From positions 8,791-72,790 of the forward strand of contig CAYTUG010000005.1 in NCBI GenBank assembly GCA_964441275.1: a stretch of DNA of 64,000 bases, in the 5' to 3' direction. Positions 52,896 through 62,921 of this stretch are shown here, piece after piece; position 1 is the first letter of the stretch, and each line of letters begins with the position of its first letter. The notes beneath the pieces are model-generated. The model made no database searches, had not been told where the DNA came from, and worked only from the letters and a program-made list of their open reading frames with translations. Made by a program: the position numbers and the translations under genes. This stretch comes from an uncultured Christensenellaceae bacterium. GTDB lineage: Bacteria > Bacillota > Clostridia > Christensenellales > SZUA-584.

Positions 52896-54500
52896 TTATT
52901 TTGCCGCATAATCATCATACCACGGCAATTCGTCTAATGTAATTATTCTATCGTGATTGAAAACCTTAACAAAATGCTCTAAAGAATTATGCTTATCTGA
53001 AATTTTTTTATCTTGAACCACATACTCTCCGTTCCATATAATAAAAAACGACCAGCACACATTTTCCTCGTACATAAGATCGGGATCGGGTATTGAGCCG
53101 ATTTCGGAAAGTCCCGTTATCGTCTTTTTGTCTGTATAGTTCAACGCCTTTTCAAACCGGTTTAAACGGCTGTCGTAATCATACGGTTTCGTGTACGCGT
53201 CCTCGGCTATAATATCGACATACCCGTCTCCGGGGTACCACTCTTTATCCTCTCCGCTGTATACCCAAATCAAATTGTTCAGATTATGATAACCCGTTAA
53301 ACGATTATACATAAGCTTCCAAAGCTTTTTGTAATTCTCGGCCCCGTGAGCGCCCCACCAAAACCATCCTCCGCAAGCCTCATGCAAGGGCCTCCACAAA
53401 ACAGGTATGTCTTTTTCGGCAAGCGCTCTAAGCTGTTTGGCGATTACATCGATGTCCCGAATTATCAAATCATAGCCGGCACTATCACGCCCGTTTAGCG
53501 CATCGTCCAAATTAAAATTTGTGGCTTGCGTGTAGAAACCTTTCCACCAAGGCGCTGTTTCCGAGTTTATTAAACCTTTAGGGGCATTCCAATGCCACAT
53601 AAAAGTTACAATGCCGCCCATCTCGTGCCATTGCATTGCATATTGCGTCTGTTTAGATTTCGTCCCGTGTTCCACCCTTGTAGGCGAATAATCCACAAAA
53701 TCAAAACCCATAATTGCCGGATATTTGCCCGTGAGCTTATAAAGCTCTTTTACTTCGGGAGATTTAATTCCTAAATCGTTATTGTATTGTCCGGATAAAG
53801 TATATTTGCCGTATTGGTTTACCATATAGCCAAACAGCCTTTTTGTGCTTTCTGTCGCGTTTTTATTGACCAAGCCTTTTTCGACGCAGTACACGTTGGA
53901 ATCTATGGCTTCACTCGATTTTATATTAAGATAGTCAATATAAATATAACCCCAGCCTTTTTGAACAACTACGGAGTTTAAACCTTTTTCGAGCTTTGTT
54001 TTGATTGTGCTTAATGCAAAATCCGCCCCCTTTGTGTACAGCGTGTTGTACAATATTCTTTCGTTTACTATTACAGTGTTATAGCTTTCGTTGTTTATTG
54101 CAGCTGTACAAAAAGCAAGCTCATAAAAACCCGCTTTTGGCACCTGCACGTAAAAAACAATCCTGCTTTTATCGCTGTCTAATTTGCCGACATAGCCGCC
54201 GCTTATGTTTTTGATATTTTCATCCGCATCTTTACCGTAACGGTTAAGGGCTTCTAACTCTGCGTCTTCGGCCTCGTAAATTAAATCAACCAGCGTTTCA
54301 AAATATATTTGGTCGTTATCCTCATGCTGTTTGCGGCCGGGTTCTTCTGCGCTCCCGTTTGGCGACCCGTTTGGTATTACACTATTTTTCGCTTGGTTTA
54401 TTTCGGGTTTATCCATGATGCACCCCCAAAGCAGTTCGGAAAAAAGTATAAACAGCGTAACCGCTAACAAGGATGCCGCAAATATACAAACCCTTCGCAT
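52896..54500 (-). CDS. Membrane-anchored GH26-family glycoside hydrolase with an N-terminal CBM35/CBM6-like module
   Basis: TM anchor. CBM-like YEAEDAEL...ISGGYVGKLD...AGFYEL.... GH26 signature WRPLHEACGGWFWWG, plus WHWNAP and ...DIIAEDAY. Confidence 0.8.
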   Translation of the reverse strand: MRRVCIFAASLLAVTLFILFSELLWGCIMDKPEINQAKNSVIPNGSPNGSAEEPGRKQHEDNDQIYFETLVDLIYEAEDAELEALNRYGKDADENIKNISGGYVGKLDSDKSRIVFYVQVPKAGFYELAFCTAAINNESYNTVIVNERILYNTLYTKGADFALSTIKTKLEKGLNSVVVQKGWGYIYIDYLNIKSSEAIDSNVYCVEKGLVNKNATESTKRLFGYMVNQYGKYTLSGQYNNDLGIKSPEVKELYKLTGKYPAIMGFDFVDYSPTRVEHGTKSKQTQYAMQWHEMGGIVTFMWHWNAPKGLINSETAPWWKGFYTQATNFNLDDALNGRDSAGYDLIIRDIDVIAKQLRALAEKDIPVLWRPLHEACGGWFWWGAHGAENYKKLWKLMYNRLTGYHNLNNLIWVYSGEDKEWYPGDGYVDIIAEDAYTKPYDYDSRLNRFEKALNYTDKKTITGLSEIGSIPDPDLMYEENVCWSFFIIWNGEYVVQDKKISDKHNSLEHFVKVFNHDRIITLDELPWYDDYAAK

Positions 54501-54545
54501 TATTCCGCGTATTCCGTCAGCCGCTTTTTATTGTACCTGCCTTTT

Positions 54546-55394
54546 TCAAACATCGTACTGCATTTCCTGCTTGGCTGTGTCAAGCAACTCGAGAGCATTT
54601 TTATTTCCATCGTCAAACGCCATACCTATTCTCATGTCTAATATAAGCTGCTTTGTATTTAGAACCTCATTTGTGTCTATTTGTGCAATCTTTTCTTTTA
54701 GCCTGTTGCGTATAACCTTAATGTCTTCTTTTTTTGTCAACATAAGCATCCCAAACGTTATTTCATCATCGTCAATCTGATATAGTTCGTCTTCAGCCCT
54801 TGTCGCGCTTCTAACAACTTTTGTAACCTGCGTTACAATCTGCATCATGCCTTCTTTTTTCGAGAGCCTTTCAATTTCCTTTTGGTGTCTAAATTTTATC
54901 AAAAGCACCCCGAAATCAACCTTATAGCGTTTTGCAATGCTCATGTAAATCTTAGCGTCATTTTCAAACGCCCTTAAGTTTTTCAGCTTGGTGACCTCGT
55001 CTAATGTTGATATTGATACCAGCTTCTTTTTCAGATCTTTAACTTGACTTGAAAGAGTGGCCGTTTCCGTAGTAAACAAAGAAAACGCGGTTGTAAGCGC
55101 AGGGGACATAAATACCCAAAAATACACATAGGGTTTAATCAATACCCCCTTTGTAAAGCTAAGCACTATAATATAGGTGATGCTGACCAACAGCAACATA
55201 GTGTTGATAATCAACCCGGTTGTCAAATTCGTAAAGTATGTTATCAAAACTATTATAAAAACAGCCGCGGCAATTATAAAGTTGTCAATAAGATTTTCTT
55301 TCTGGTAAATTAAAAATATAAAGTATATGAAAATCAATACAATCAACGCTATGAAGCTTATATCGGTCTGCATGTTTCTATCTTTCTTTTTCAT
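54546..55394 (-). CDS. Polytopic membrane protein with a degenerate GGDEF domain that keeps an RxxD I-site (YdaK-like c-di-GMP receptor candidate)
   Basis: Four to five TM helices, then DEVTKLKNLRAFEND... (GGDEF-fold start). DDDEI replaces GG(D/E)EF. RAED sits exactly five residues upstream. AGGAGG RBS. Confidence 0.75.
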   Translation of the reverse strand: MKKKDRNMQTDISFIALIVLIFIYFIFLIYQKENLIDNFIIAAAVFIIVLITYFTNLTTGLIINTMLLLVSITYIIVLSFTKGVLIKPYVYFWVFMSPALTTAFSLFTTETATLSSQVKDLKKKLVSISTLDEVTKLKNLRAFENDAKIYMSIAKRYKVDFGVLLIKFRHQKEIERLSKKEGMMQIVTQVTKVVRSATRAEDELYQIDDDEITFGMLMLTKKEDIKVIRNRLKEKIAQIDTNEVLNTKQLILDMRIGMAFDDGNKNALELLDTAKQEMQYDV

Positions 55395-57618
55395 GGCTAT
55401 TCTTCCTCCTGTATCTAATTACTAAAAATACTACCGCCGTAAGCAATATCACAAGTATAGCGGCCGCCACATAGAACAAATTCAATATGTCTTTTCTTTC
55501 AAATATCGATTCGGGCACCTCTTCAAGTTTAGCGTTATCCTCTTTAAATCTGTAAAGGAATATCTCGCTGTTATCCGCCACAAAACCATCTCCGTACAGT
55601 TTCCAAAGCTCTTTGGTGTCTGTGAAATATTTAAGCGAATTTACAAGATAGCCCTTATTTACGCTCGATAAAACAAGAATCGCATTTTTTACGCTTGAAT
55701 ACGGAGATTGTATTATCTGAGCCGCAGATAAAGTTGTTGAATATGCCGGTTCTATCAGCAGCTTTTCGTTTGACATTATTCCTGCGCCGTTATCATAAAA
55801 CTTAAAAAACAGCTTGTCGTTTAGCTTGGCAATAAACTGGTTGTTCTGAAACGTTCCGATTGCGATAACGTTCTTTTTATCAAGATACCCGGTGTCTGAG
55901 GCTCTCACAACCTTAAACTCTCCCGTGTTGTATTTTAAAAATTGCCCGAGAGTTAGCATAAAGCCGCCGACAAGGTTTAAATCCATATCGTTGTTGCCGT
56001 CGGGTATCACCAATACTAAATTATTAAACTCTCCTGCCGATATAAAAGGGTATGGATAATTTTCGAAAAGATAATAAGGCACCTCGACCGAATTAAGTTT
56101 GAGCATAGACTCATCGGAAACATAAGCCCACGGCGTTTCGCCCTGTCTTAACGTGCACCACAAATCCTTTATTTCAAGATCGAACGCCACCGTCAGCGTG
56201 AAGCTTCCCGTTACTTTTGTGTCGGTTGGAATATTTAAAACAATATTGTCGCCCTCTGCTTTTGCCAAAGACAGTTTCTGACTTCCTATAGGGACATCGT
56301 TCACATAAACCGAAACCAACGAACGGTCAAAATCGAGGTTTTTTGAGTATCTGAAATGCAGGTCAATCTCGCTTCCGTAAGCTAACCTTCTGTTGTTTTC
56401 AAAATCTATAAAGTAATCGGCTTTTTGTCTGAACGGACCGTCTAAATATGTTCCGGTTTCGGTAAGCTTTGTATATTGTTTAACGCCTTCTCTTTGCACA
56501 TAAACGTCTTCATCAATTCCCACCATTTTAATATTACCCTTGAGCTGATTCATCGTAACCGGATTTGATAACACGGCGGCGGCTTTTTCAAGCGTTGATT
56601 GGTCTTTACCCGTTACCACCAAAAAATTCGTCTCGCCCGGCAATAGCAATATGCCTGCGTTGGAATCGTCGATTTTCAAGCTTTTTTCAACCTCGGCTGC
56701 CAGTTCGGCGGGCAGTTTGTTAAACCTTGCGATATACATCACATATTTATAAGCCCTTAACTGCGAAGCGCCGCCGGCGATTAAGTTTATATTCTGATAG
56801 TTCTTTGTTGCCTGTTTTGAAATTCCTGCGAGCGCCGTAAGCGCGGCGTCAAGCTCGTCGGTATCGAACGCAGCCGGTATCACAACGGCGCTTTGGTTGT
56901 TTTCCAAAGCGTCTATCGACACGAAGCACGAATAGAAATCGTCAATGCAATCACACCTTTGCGCCGGGCGGTAGGATATTTCCACAAATGATTCTTTAAA
57001 TATATTCATCCAGTTTGCGGTTGTTACATCATCCACGCAGGGATACCCGCTATAAGTTCGAATATATCCTTCAATCCCAATAACATTGTAGCCCTTTTTC
57101 AAATGCTCAATGGGTATCTTTACCGTCAGCTGCCGCCTTGTTCCGTCCGTAACGGGCACCTTCTCGGAATAAAACCTAACTCCGTTTATCAGAATAGTGA
57201 TATCTGATAACAGTTCGGATACCAGTTGAGTTGTGGAAAAACTTAACGTGAACTGAGCGTCGTCTATGTCCCATTCCCCCATGTTAAAGCCTTCCGTTAC
57301 CCTCGAAAAGAGCCCTACCATGTAATGGTCTTTAGAAAAAGACGAAACCGATACCAACCCTCCTTCGCCGACAAACAACACCGGATCAACCGGTTTTGGC
57401 GGCTCAACAATGCTTGGAATCTCGCCCGGTATCTGACCGCTCGGTTCGGATATTGTGGCTTTAGTTTGTTCGTCCGGCTGTGCAGTTTTTTGATCTGCGC
57501 TTTCTAATTCTCCGGCGCCTAAAACAACGTTTTGAGCGGCCGCAGGAAATAATGGAGTTGTTGCCACAAGGCAAACGATGACAATCACAAGTATAATTCT
57601 TTTTTTCAATTGCTTCAA
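55378..57618 (-). CDS. BcsB/YdaN-like periplasmic-type synthase subunit (signal peptide, large beta-rich ectodomain, single C-terminal TM)
   Basis: 746 aa. N-terminal signal peptide ...LFPAAAQN. C-terminal LFYVAAAILVILLTAVVFLVIRYRRK. It lies immediately downstream of the processive GT2. Its size and topology match BcsB-family partners. Confidence 0.6.
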   Translation of the reverse strand: MKQLKKRIILVIVIVCLVATTPLFPAAAQNVVLGAGELESADQKTAQPDEQTKATISEPSGQIPGEIPSIVEPPKPVDPVLFVGEGGLVSVSSFSKDHYMVGLFSRVTEGFNMGEWDIDDAQFTLSFSTTQLVSELLSDITILINGVRFYSEKVPVTDGTRRQLTVKIPIEHLKKGYNVIGIEGYIRTYSGYPCVDDVTTANWMNIFKESFVEISYRPAQRCDCIDDFYSCFVSIDALENNQSAVVIPAAFDTDELDAALTALAGISKQATKNYQNINLIAGGASQLRAYKYVMYIARFNKLPAELAAEVEKSLKIDDSNAGILLLPGETNFLVVTGKDQSTLEKAAAVLSNPVTMNQLKGNIKMVGIDEDVYVQREGVKQYTKLTETGTYLDGPFRQKADYFIDFENNRRLAYGSEIDLHFRYSKNLDFDRSLVSVYVNDVPIGSQKLSLAKAEGDNIVLNIPTDTKVTGSFTLTVAFDLEIKDLWCTLRQGETPWAYVSDESMLKLNSVEVPYYLFENYPYPFISAGEFNNLVLVIPDGNNDMDLNLVGGFMLTLGQFLKYNTGEFKVVRASDTGYLDKKNVIAIGTFQNNQFIAKLNDKLFFKFYDNGAGIMSNEKLLIEPAYSTTLSAAQIIQSPYSSVKNAILVLSSVNKGYLVNSLKYFTDTKELWKLYGDGFVADNSEIFLYRFKEDNAKLEEVPESIFERKDILNLFYVAAAILVILLTAVVFLVIRYRRKNSHEKER

Positions 57619-57648
57619 ATCCTTTCTACAATTATTGTCGCAGCAAGT

Positions 57649-58944
57649 TTAGAAACGTTCGGTCTTGTACCATTTTGTTTTTCTTTTAAATATCACATCC
57701 AACAGGTACTGCCCAAGACCGTAAACCGCCACTACCATCCAAAGTTTGCAGTATGTAAAATACATAAGCAATGTAATAAACAAGTTTGAAAGGCGCATTT
57801 CGCCTTTTTCGGTGGTCAATGTGATAAACACCGATAGTGTAAACAAAAATATGGCCATCAGCCAAAGCAGCGAGCTAAGGCTTGCCAAAGACAGATGCAC
57901 AAGCCCAAGCGTATTTAACAGGAACAGTGTATCTGATACTATCAGCGCGCCCAACAGTATAAAATAAACGGATAGAAAGTAAAGCATATCAAATTTTATT
58001 CTATGTTCTTTTAACGTGAACAGTTTTGGCATGTGCTTTACCATCACGTATATATTCCCCTTCACCCATCTGACCCTTTGCCTGAACCAAACCTTATAGG
58101 TCTGCGGCTCTTGCTCCCAGGTAACGGAAAGCGGCATAATCTTAATCTTATATCCCAAAGCGTATATTCGAAAACTTAACTCTGTATCTTCGGCTATCGC
58201 GTCAATATCCCAACCGCCGATTTCGTCTAAAACATCTCGTCTTATAACAAAATTAGTGCCCGGGATTGTGCATAAATTAAACAGCTGCCACCTTCCCGCC
58301 TGCGCTAACCACTGAAAAGATAACGTTTCAATATTTATAAAACGGGTTAACAGATTAACGTCCCTGTTCCTTGTCCTGAATTTGCCTATAACGGCTGCGA
58401 GCTTATCGTCGCTTTGTATCTCTGCAACAAGATATTTAAGAGCATCGCGTTCCGGGGTGTTATCGGCATCATATACGGCTATATACTCGCCCTTAGCCTG
58501 TCGCAAGCCGATATTAAGCGCGTTGGATTTGCCTTTTCCGCCTGTTTGGCTATCGGTGTTAATAATTTTCAGCGCCCTGTGCGGATTTTTTCCCCGAATC
58601 CGCTCAAGCACGTTGTTGCTATCGTCAGTGGAATTGTCGTTGATTACTATTATTTCGTATCTGTCAATTGGATAGTTTAAATCCAGCAACGAATCCACCG
58701 TAGCCGTTATTACCTTAGCTTCGTTGTGCGCGGGCACAAGAATGCTAACTACCGGAAAGATTTTAATCTCTTTGGTTTTGGATTTGACGGTTTTAATATA
58801 ATACAAATAACCCGCCACCACCAACACCTGGTTTATAAGCAGCAAAGCCCAAATGCATATTAAAGCAATCAAACCCAACAAATCTATATTCAAAAGCCTA
58901 TTTCCTTTTCTTGATAAACTTTTCTCTGTACAATTTATATCCAA
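57649..58944 (-). CDS. Processive family-2 glycosyltransferase (cellulose/PNAG-synthase-like, YdaM-like), no PilZ domain
   Basis: VPAHNEAKVI, GGKGKSNALN, VYDADNT (DxD), IAEDTELSFR (TED), QRVRWVKG (QxxRW), with flanking TM helices. The protein ends after the last TM bundle. Confidence 0.85.
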   Translation of the reverse strand: MDINCTEKSLSRKGNRLLNIDLLGLIALICIWALLLINQVLVVAGYLYYIKTVKSKTKEIKIFPVVSILVPAHNEAKVITATVDSLLDLNYPIDRYEIIVINDNSTDDSNNVLERIRGKNPHRALKIINTDSQTGGKGKSNALNIGLRQAKGEYIAVYDADNTPERDALKYLVAEIQSDDKLAAVIGKFRTRNRDVNLLTRFINIETLSFQWLAQAGRWQLFNLCTIPGTNFVIRRDVLDEIGGWDIDAIAEDTELSFRIYALGYKIKIMPLSVTWEQEPQTYKVWFRQRVRWVKGNIYVMVKHMPKLFTLKEHRIKFDMLYFLSVYFILLGALIVSDTLFLLNTLGLVHLSLASLSSLLWLMAIFLFTLSVFITLTTEKGEMRLSNLFITLLMYFTYCKLWMVVAVYGLGQYLLDVIFKRKTKWYKTERF

Positions 58945-60181
58945 ACAAAATAAGGGTAATAATAATCGCGCCGCTTATAATTACAATAACCGTCAACACC
59001 CGGTTGCCGGCGTCCACCAAAAATTCAAACTGGATTTCATCCTTTCGCCTGTAAGCAAAATTACCGTCAATTTCAGCCTGCATAAAAATATACTCGTCAC
59101 CGGTGACGTTGCGCCTGTAGTCGCCTATCTGGATCCACTTTTTATTAATTTCATTCACTGCCTTTGCAAGCTCGTTTTCATCTTTAAAAACTTCGTATTT
59201 GATAACGGTATCGATTGGAAGGCTTATAAACAGCTCGTTTTGCGGATGAATCGCCGCCAGCATCTTTAAAGAGACCTCGTATGGATGCATACTTTCATCA
59301 AAAACGTGTACGCCGTTTTGCTTGAACGTTTCAAAAACCTTGGGCATTCTAACGTCAATATCTTCCCCAACCAATTCGTTTCCCGTTACTATCGGCTCAT
59401 GCATAATCAGCGAGCCGTTTTTTGATTGTATGTATCTTAATACGTTTACGTAGCGCTTGAATGAGGGATAGTCGGTGTTGTAATAAACCGGCATTATGCT
59501 CATAACAAACGGAATGCCTGCCGAGTAAAAACTCTCGGCAATGGATTCGAGCATTTTTACGCTGTCAAACGGGGACACCTTGTCTATCAAAACGTACATA
59601 AACCCTTCGTCTTTGCGGCCGAAATATTCATTGAGCATTTTAGCCACCGCGAATACGGTAATATCGTCTTTACAAAAATGAGGCGCAAACATTATTCTTT
59701 CGGTAATAACGCCTATCGGATACTCGTTGCCTTCAAAACCGATGCTTCCGATCGCTTCTCCGCAGTATGACTTTATGTGGGTGAGCTCCTTTTCAATTAT
59801 CACGGATTGGGTGTTGTTGTATACGCTTATCTTGGCATGCATTTTTCTTTTAACCGTCTCTGTTTGCACCCCCGGAATCACATTGAAACCATCCCCCAAG
59901 CATACGAATTTTTTGTTTGTCTGCAGCATATCTTTTAGCGGCGCCGTATCCTGCAGCACCACATATTGATATTGCTCTGCCATGCTGCTCGAATACTCCA
60001 CGTTGCTGACAGCCACAGGCTGCATTCCGCAAGCCTTTATTAAATCGGAGATGATCGCCATTTTGTCCTTGTCGTCATACACCAATAATACCCGGTCAGA
60101 TTCCGCAAAAACAATACCCGCGGGCAGAGCGCAAGTGAAAGCGGCTATCAACAGTATAACAATCAAACACTTCTTTATCAT
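58898..60181 (-). CDS. Extracytoplasmic protein with signal peptide and C-terminal TM anchor (YdaL position; possibly DUF2334/deacetylase-like)
   Basis: Signal peptide ...ALPAGIVFAE. C-terminal VLTVIVIISGAIIITLILFGY. It overlaps both neighbours (4 nt and 47 nt). My family assignment is tentative. Confidence 0.6.
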   Translation of the reverse strand: MIKKCLIVILLIAAFTCALPAGIVFAESDRVLLVYDDKDKMAIISDLIKACGMQPVAVSNVEYSSSMAEQYQYVVLQDTAPLKDMLQTNKKFVCLGDGFNVIPGVQTETVKRKMHAKISVYNNTQSVIIEKELTHIKSYCGEAIGSIGFEGNEYPIGVITERIMFAPHFCKDDITVFAVAKMLNEYFGRKDEGFMYVLIDKVSPFDSVKMLESIAESFYSAGIPFVMSIMPVYYNTDYPSFKRYVNVLRYIQSKNGSLIMHEPIVTGNELVGEDIDVRMPKVFETFKQNGVHVFDESMHPYEVSLKMLAAIHPQNELFISLPIDTVIKYEVFKDENELAKAVNEINKKWIQIGDYRRNVTGDEYIFMQAEIDGNFAYRRKDEIQFEFLVDAGNRVLTVIVIISGAIIITLILFGYKLYREKFIKKRK

Positions 60182-61299
60182 TGTATTTCCTTCGTCCTGT
60201 ATGCCAACAGCGCCATAAGGTTGTCAAACGCGTAAAGCTTCAACGTATCGGCATCCGCAAACGCGCCGTACACCTTGCTTTGTTCATCGGTCACCTGAAA
60301 GGCGTTCATTTTGTTTATACATGCCTTAAGCATTTGCGCATCCTCAAGCTCGTCTGCTATCAAAGCGCATATGGCATAGACTGCCGTTGATTGTATTTGG
60401 TTTTTCGGCTTACCGTCACTTTCGTACAAGCCGTAAAAACAGCCGTTTTGAACGGTAGTTTTAACATAGTCAATAGTGGTATCTGGGCACTCGCCTATAC
60501 TTGCTAAGTTAAGAACGCTCAACAACGCCTCAATCATATTGATGTCTCCCGCGCTGTACCTATTTGCAGAATAGCTGTACGAAGCCGCAAATACGGGGAA
60601 TTCGTCGCTTATGTATCCGTTCTTTAGTATTTCGAGCATTGTTTCAAATACTCTTTCCCACTTTTGGTCGTATTTTTCGAGCAACCGAACAGTTTTCAAA
60701 TCTATATAACACAAGGTGATAAAATCGTTGTTCTGGTTGTAACGCTCATCGAACATATCGTACATTCGATTGGCTGTTATGTTGGTATTATACAGCCTGT
60801 CCGCGTACATAATCGCGCTGTTTATGTAGTCGTCACTAAATTTTTCATCCGCTAAAATCAAAGCTCTTACTATCCTTATATCGTCTATAAATGCATTAAC
60901 GCCGTATGCTTCGCCTTTTTGAGACAATCTGTACGATATAATATTTCCGGTATCAAGATGCCGCTCAACAAATTCAAATAAACGCTTAAACAACATCTCA
61001 TCGCCAATATCAACGGCGTACAGCATCAGCAATCCAACAGATTCCGATAAAACTTCGGCGCCGGTCGCAATATCGGCTTCGGTCATACTGTCTGTATAGT
61101 TGGTCCTAATGCCTCCCTCCGGCGTGAGCATATTTTCTTTTAAAAAGTTAAAGCACATCATTTCGCGCGTTGACGTTTTTATGTCTGCGGTTTCGCTTTG
61201 GTAAACGTTTGAGCCGTCCGCCATATTGCCGTTATTTGCGTTTGGTACGCATGAGATGCAAAGCAGCACCAAAGCTATTGCAGCGGCCGCCTTTCTCAT
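60178..61299 (-). CDS. GH8-like (alpha/alpha)6 glycoside hydrolase lipoprotein (YdaJ-like)
   Basis: Lipobox LLCISC. ...VLSESVGLLMLYAV... and ...FIDDIRIVRALILADEKF... resemble the SEGQ.YGM and DGD..IA.AL segments of GH8 enzymes. Confidence 0.5.
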   Translation of the reverse strand: MRKAAAAIALVLLCISCVPNANNGNMADGSNVYQSETADIKTSTREMMCFNFLKENMLTPEGGIRTNYTDSMTEADIATGAEVLSESVGLLMLYAVDIGDEMLFKRLFEFVERHLDTGNIISYRLSQKGEAYGVNAFIDDIRIVRALILADEKFSDDYINSAIMYADRLYNTNITANRMYDMFDERYNQNNDFITLCYIDLKTVRLLEKYDQKWERVFETMLEILKNGYISDEFPVFAASYSYSANRYSAGDINMIEALLSVLNLASIGECPDTTIDYVKTTVQNGCFYGLYESDGKPKNQIQSTAVYAICALIADELEDAQMLKACINKMNAFQVTDEQSKVYGAFADADTLKLYAFDNLMALLAYRTKEIQ

Positions 61300-62837
61300 A
61301 AAGCCCCCCGTTCAAGCCGTTTACAGCTCTCGCCTTCAACATCCGCCACGATTTCAGACGCTTTGCACTTGCTTGTTTGATATCTCCTATCGAAAAAAGC
61401 TACAATGTGTGATATCATAATCACGTTAACCAAGTCGAAAGCCACGTTGTATAAAAACATATGCTTTGCAAGATCGGCGTCCCCCGCGCCGATAACGGGC
61501 ACAATTATTTGAGACAGCCCAATAATTATCAACGCGCCTATTGTAATCTGCTTTAACCTTTTTTTGTACAATAAAGCAAGCGCAACGAACATCCAGATTA
61601 TTATAAATCCAAATGTTTTAGGAGCGCCTATTTCTTTAATGTGGCTGTAATTTGAGAAACTCTCACATTTCGTTTCGGGAGGCAATCCGGTCGAATGCTC
61701 GAAATTGCCCAAATCGGGACGTATTATGTACGCATTTTTTGCCGCGGTTTTCATCATTTCCATGAAAGCGTCCGGATTTGATACATAATGCCCGACAACG
61801 GACAGCACATTGTATTTACTATAAAATTCTTCTTTCAGCTTTTGGTCCTCGGGATCTATTACCGGATACTTATCAAAATATATGTTCTTGTTTAGCAATT
61901 CATATTTATCGTCAATGCCAAACGTTTCCAAGGTTTGCGGAGGGTTGTCGGAAGTCATCATCACCCCTCGGGTCATGGAATGAAAAAGATTTATATTAGT
62001 AAACTCAACGGAGATCAAAGAATAGGTGAAAATGCCCATTACAATCAACACTGCCGATGAAAGCGCTATCAAAGATTTGTACAATCGGCCGTGCGCCCTT
62101 ATAAAAAAGAACAAACACAGTATGCCTAATATTACGCCTACGGGGGCGTACTGCTGTTTGGAAAATGTCAGAATAGCGCCGTTGACTAAAAACCAAGCTA
62201 ATAAAGGGTATTTGTTGCGCCTTCCTTCCGCAATTAAAAGCGCGCATGTAATGGCTGCCATCAAAGAGATATACGCTATTGATTCGGCAAAAAAAGAGCT
62301 GAAATAAGCGGTATATCCCGTATCGGCAAAAATAAAAGTGCAGACGGCGGTTATAAGCAGCACGCTGCCCAAGCGCAATTTATGCGTTAAATAATCCACC
62401 AAAAAGTACAGCACAACCAAAAAATAGATTGTCATTACAAGCCCCAAAAAGCGCAAGTCAAATATGTTGCTGTTTCCGGTAAAAAGCTTGTTGAGCCAAA
62501 TGGCAGGCTGAATAAATATAAACTGAGAAGTAAAAACGGAATTGCTGTATTCGTTATAATACTGGGCTATACCATATTCTTTAATGAAATACCCGTTATA
62601 TAAAAGTTCGCTGTTCTCGGGCAAATCGTACAGACCTTCGCCATATATAATCCTTGCATAGTCTCCGTTATCTTCCATCCCGACATATGGCGGTAAAAAG
62701 AGCACTGAAACTATAATAATTCCGGACAAAAGCACAGCGACAAGAGGCCCTATTGGATGCCGTTTTGTTACTCCTGCAAGCCTTTTGCGTATAGATTGCA
62801 GTTTAGTTTTTAAATTATGCGCTCTTTTGTTTTCCAC
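61296..62837 (-). CDS. Polytopic integral membrane protein of unknown function (about 11 TM helices; GT-C-like or polymer-modifying candidate)
   Basis: 513 aa with multiple hydrophobic helices and two soluble loops. It overlaps the downstream gene by 4 nt. Confidence 0.6.
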   Translation of the reverse strand: MENKRAHNLKTKLQSIRKRLAGVTKRHPIGPLVAVLLSGIIIVSVLFLPPYVGMEDNGDYARIIYGEGLYDLPENSELLYNGYFIKEYGIAQYYNEYSNSVFTSQFIFIQPAIWLNKLFTGNSNIFDLRFLGLVMTIYFLVVLYFLVDYLTHKLRLGSVLLITAVCTFIFADTGYTAYFSSFFAESIAYISLMAAITCALLIAEGRRNKYPLLAWFLVNGAILTFSKQQYAPVGVILGILCLFFFIRAHGRLYKSLIALSSAVLIVMGIFTYSLISVEFTNINLFHSMTRGVMMTSDNPPQTLETFGIDDKYELLNKNIYFDKYPVIDPEDQKLKEEFYSKYNVLSVVGHYVSNPDAFMEMMKTAAKNAYIIRPDLGNFEHSTGLPPETKCESFSNYSHIKEIGAPKTFGFIIIWMFVALALLYKKRLKQITIGALIIIGLSQIIVPVIGAGDADLAKHMFLYNVAFDLVNVIMISHIVAFFDRRYQTSKCKASEIVADVEGESCKRLERGAL

Positions 62838-62921
62838 AGCCCGTTACCTAAAACTCTCCCAAGTATCGCAATATCGAAATTTTAAAACAAATGGGATGTA
62901 TTTGTTCTAACTTACAGTTAT

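Noticed and set aside
57649-58944. Calling the GT2 a bona fide cellulose synthase (bcsA).
   Set aside because: The processive GT2 motifs and a BcsB-like partner are present. There is no PilZ domain, and the accessory genes (GH26, wecB, esterase) argue against assuming cellulose, so I kept it generic.
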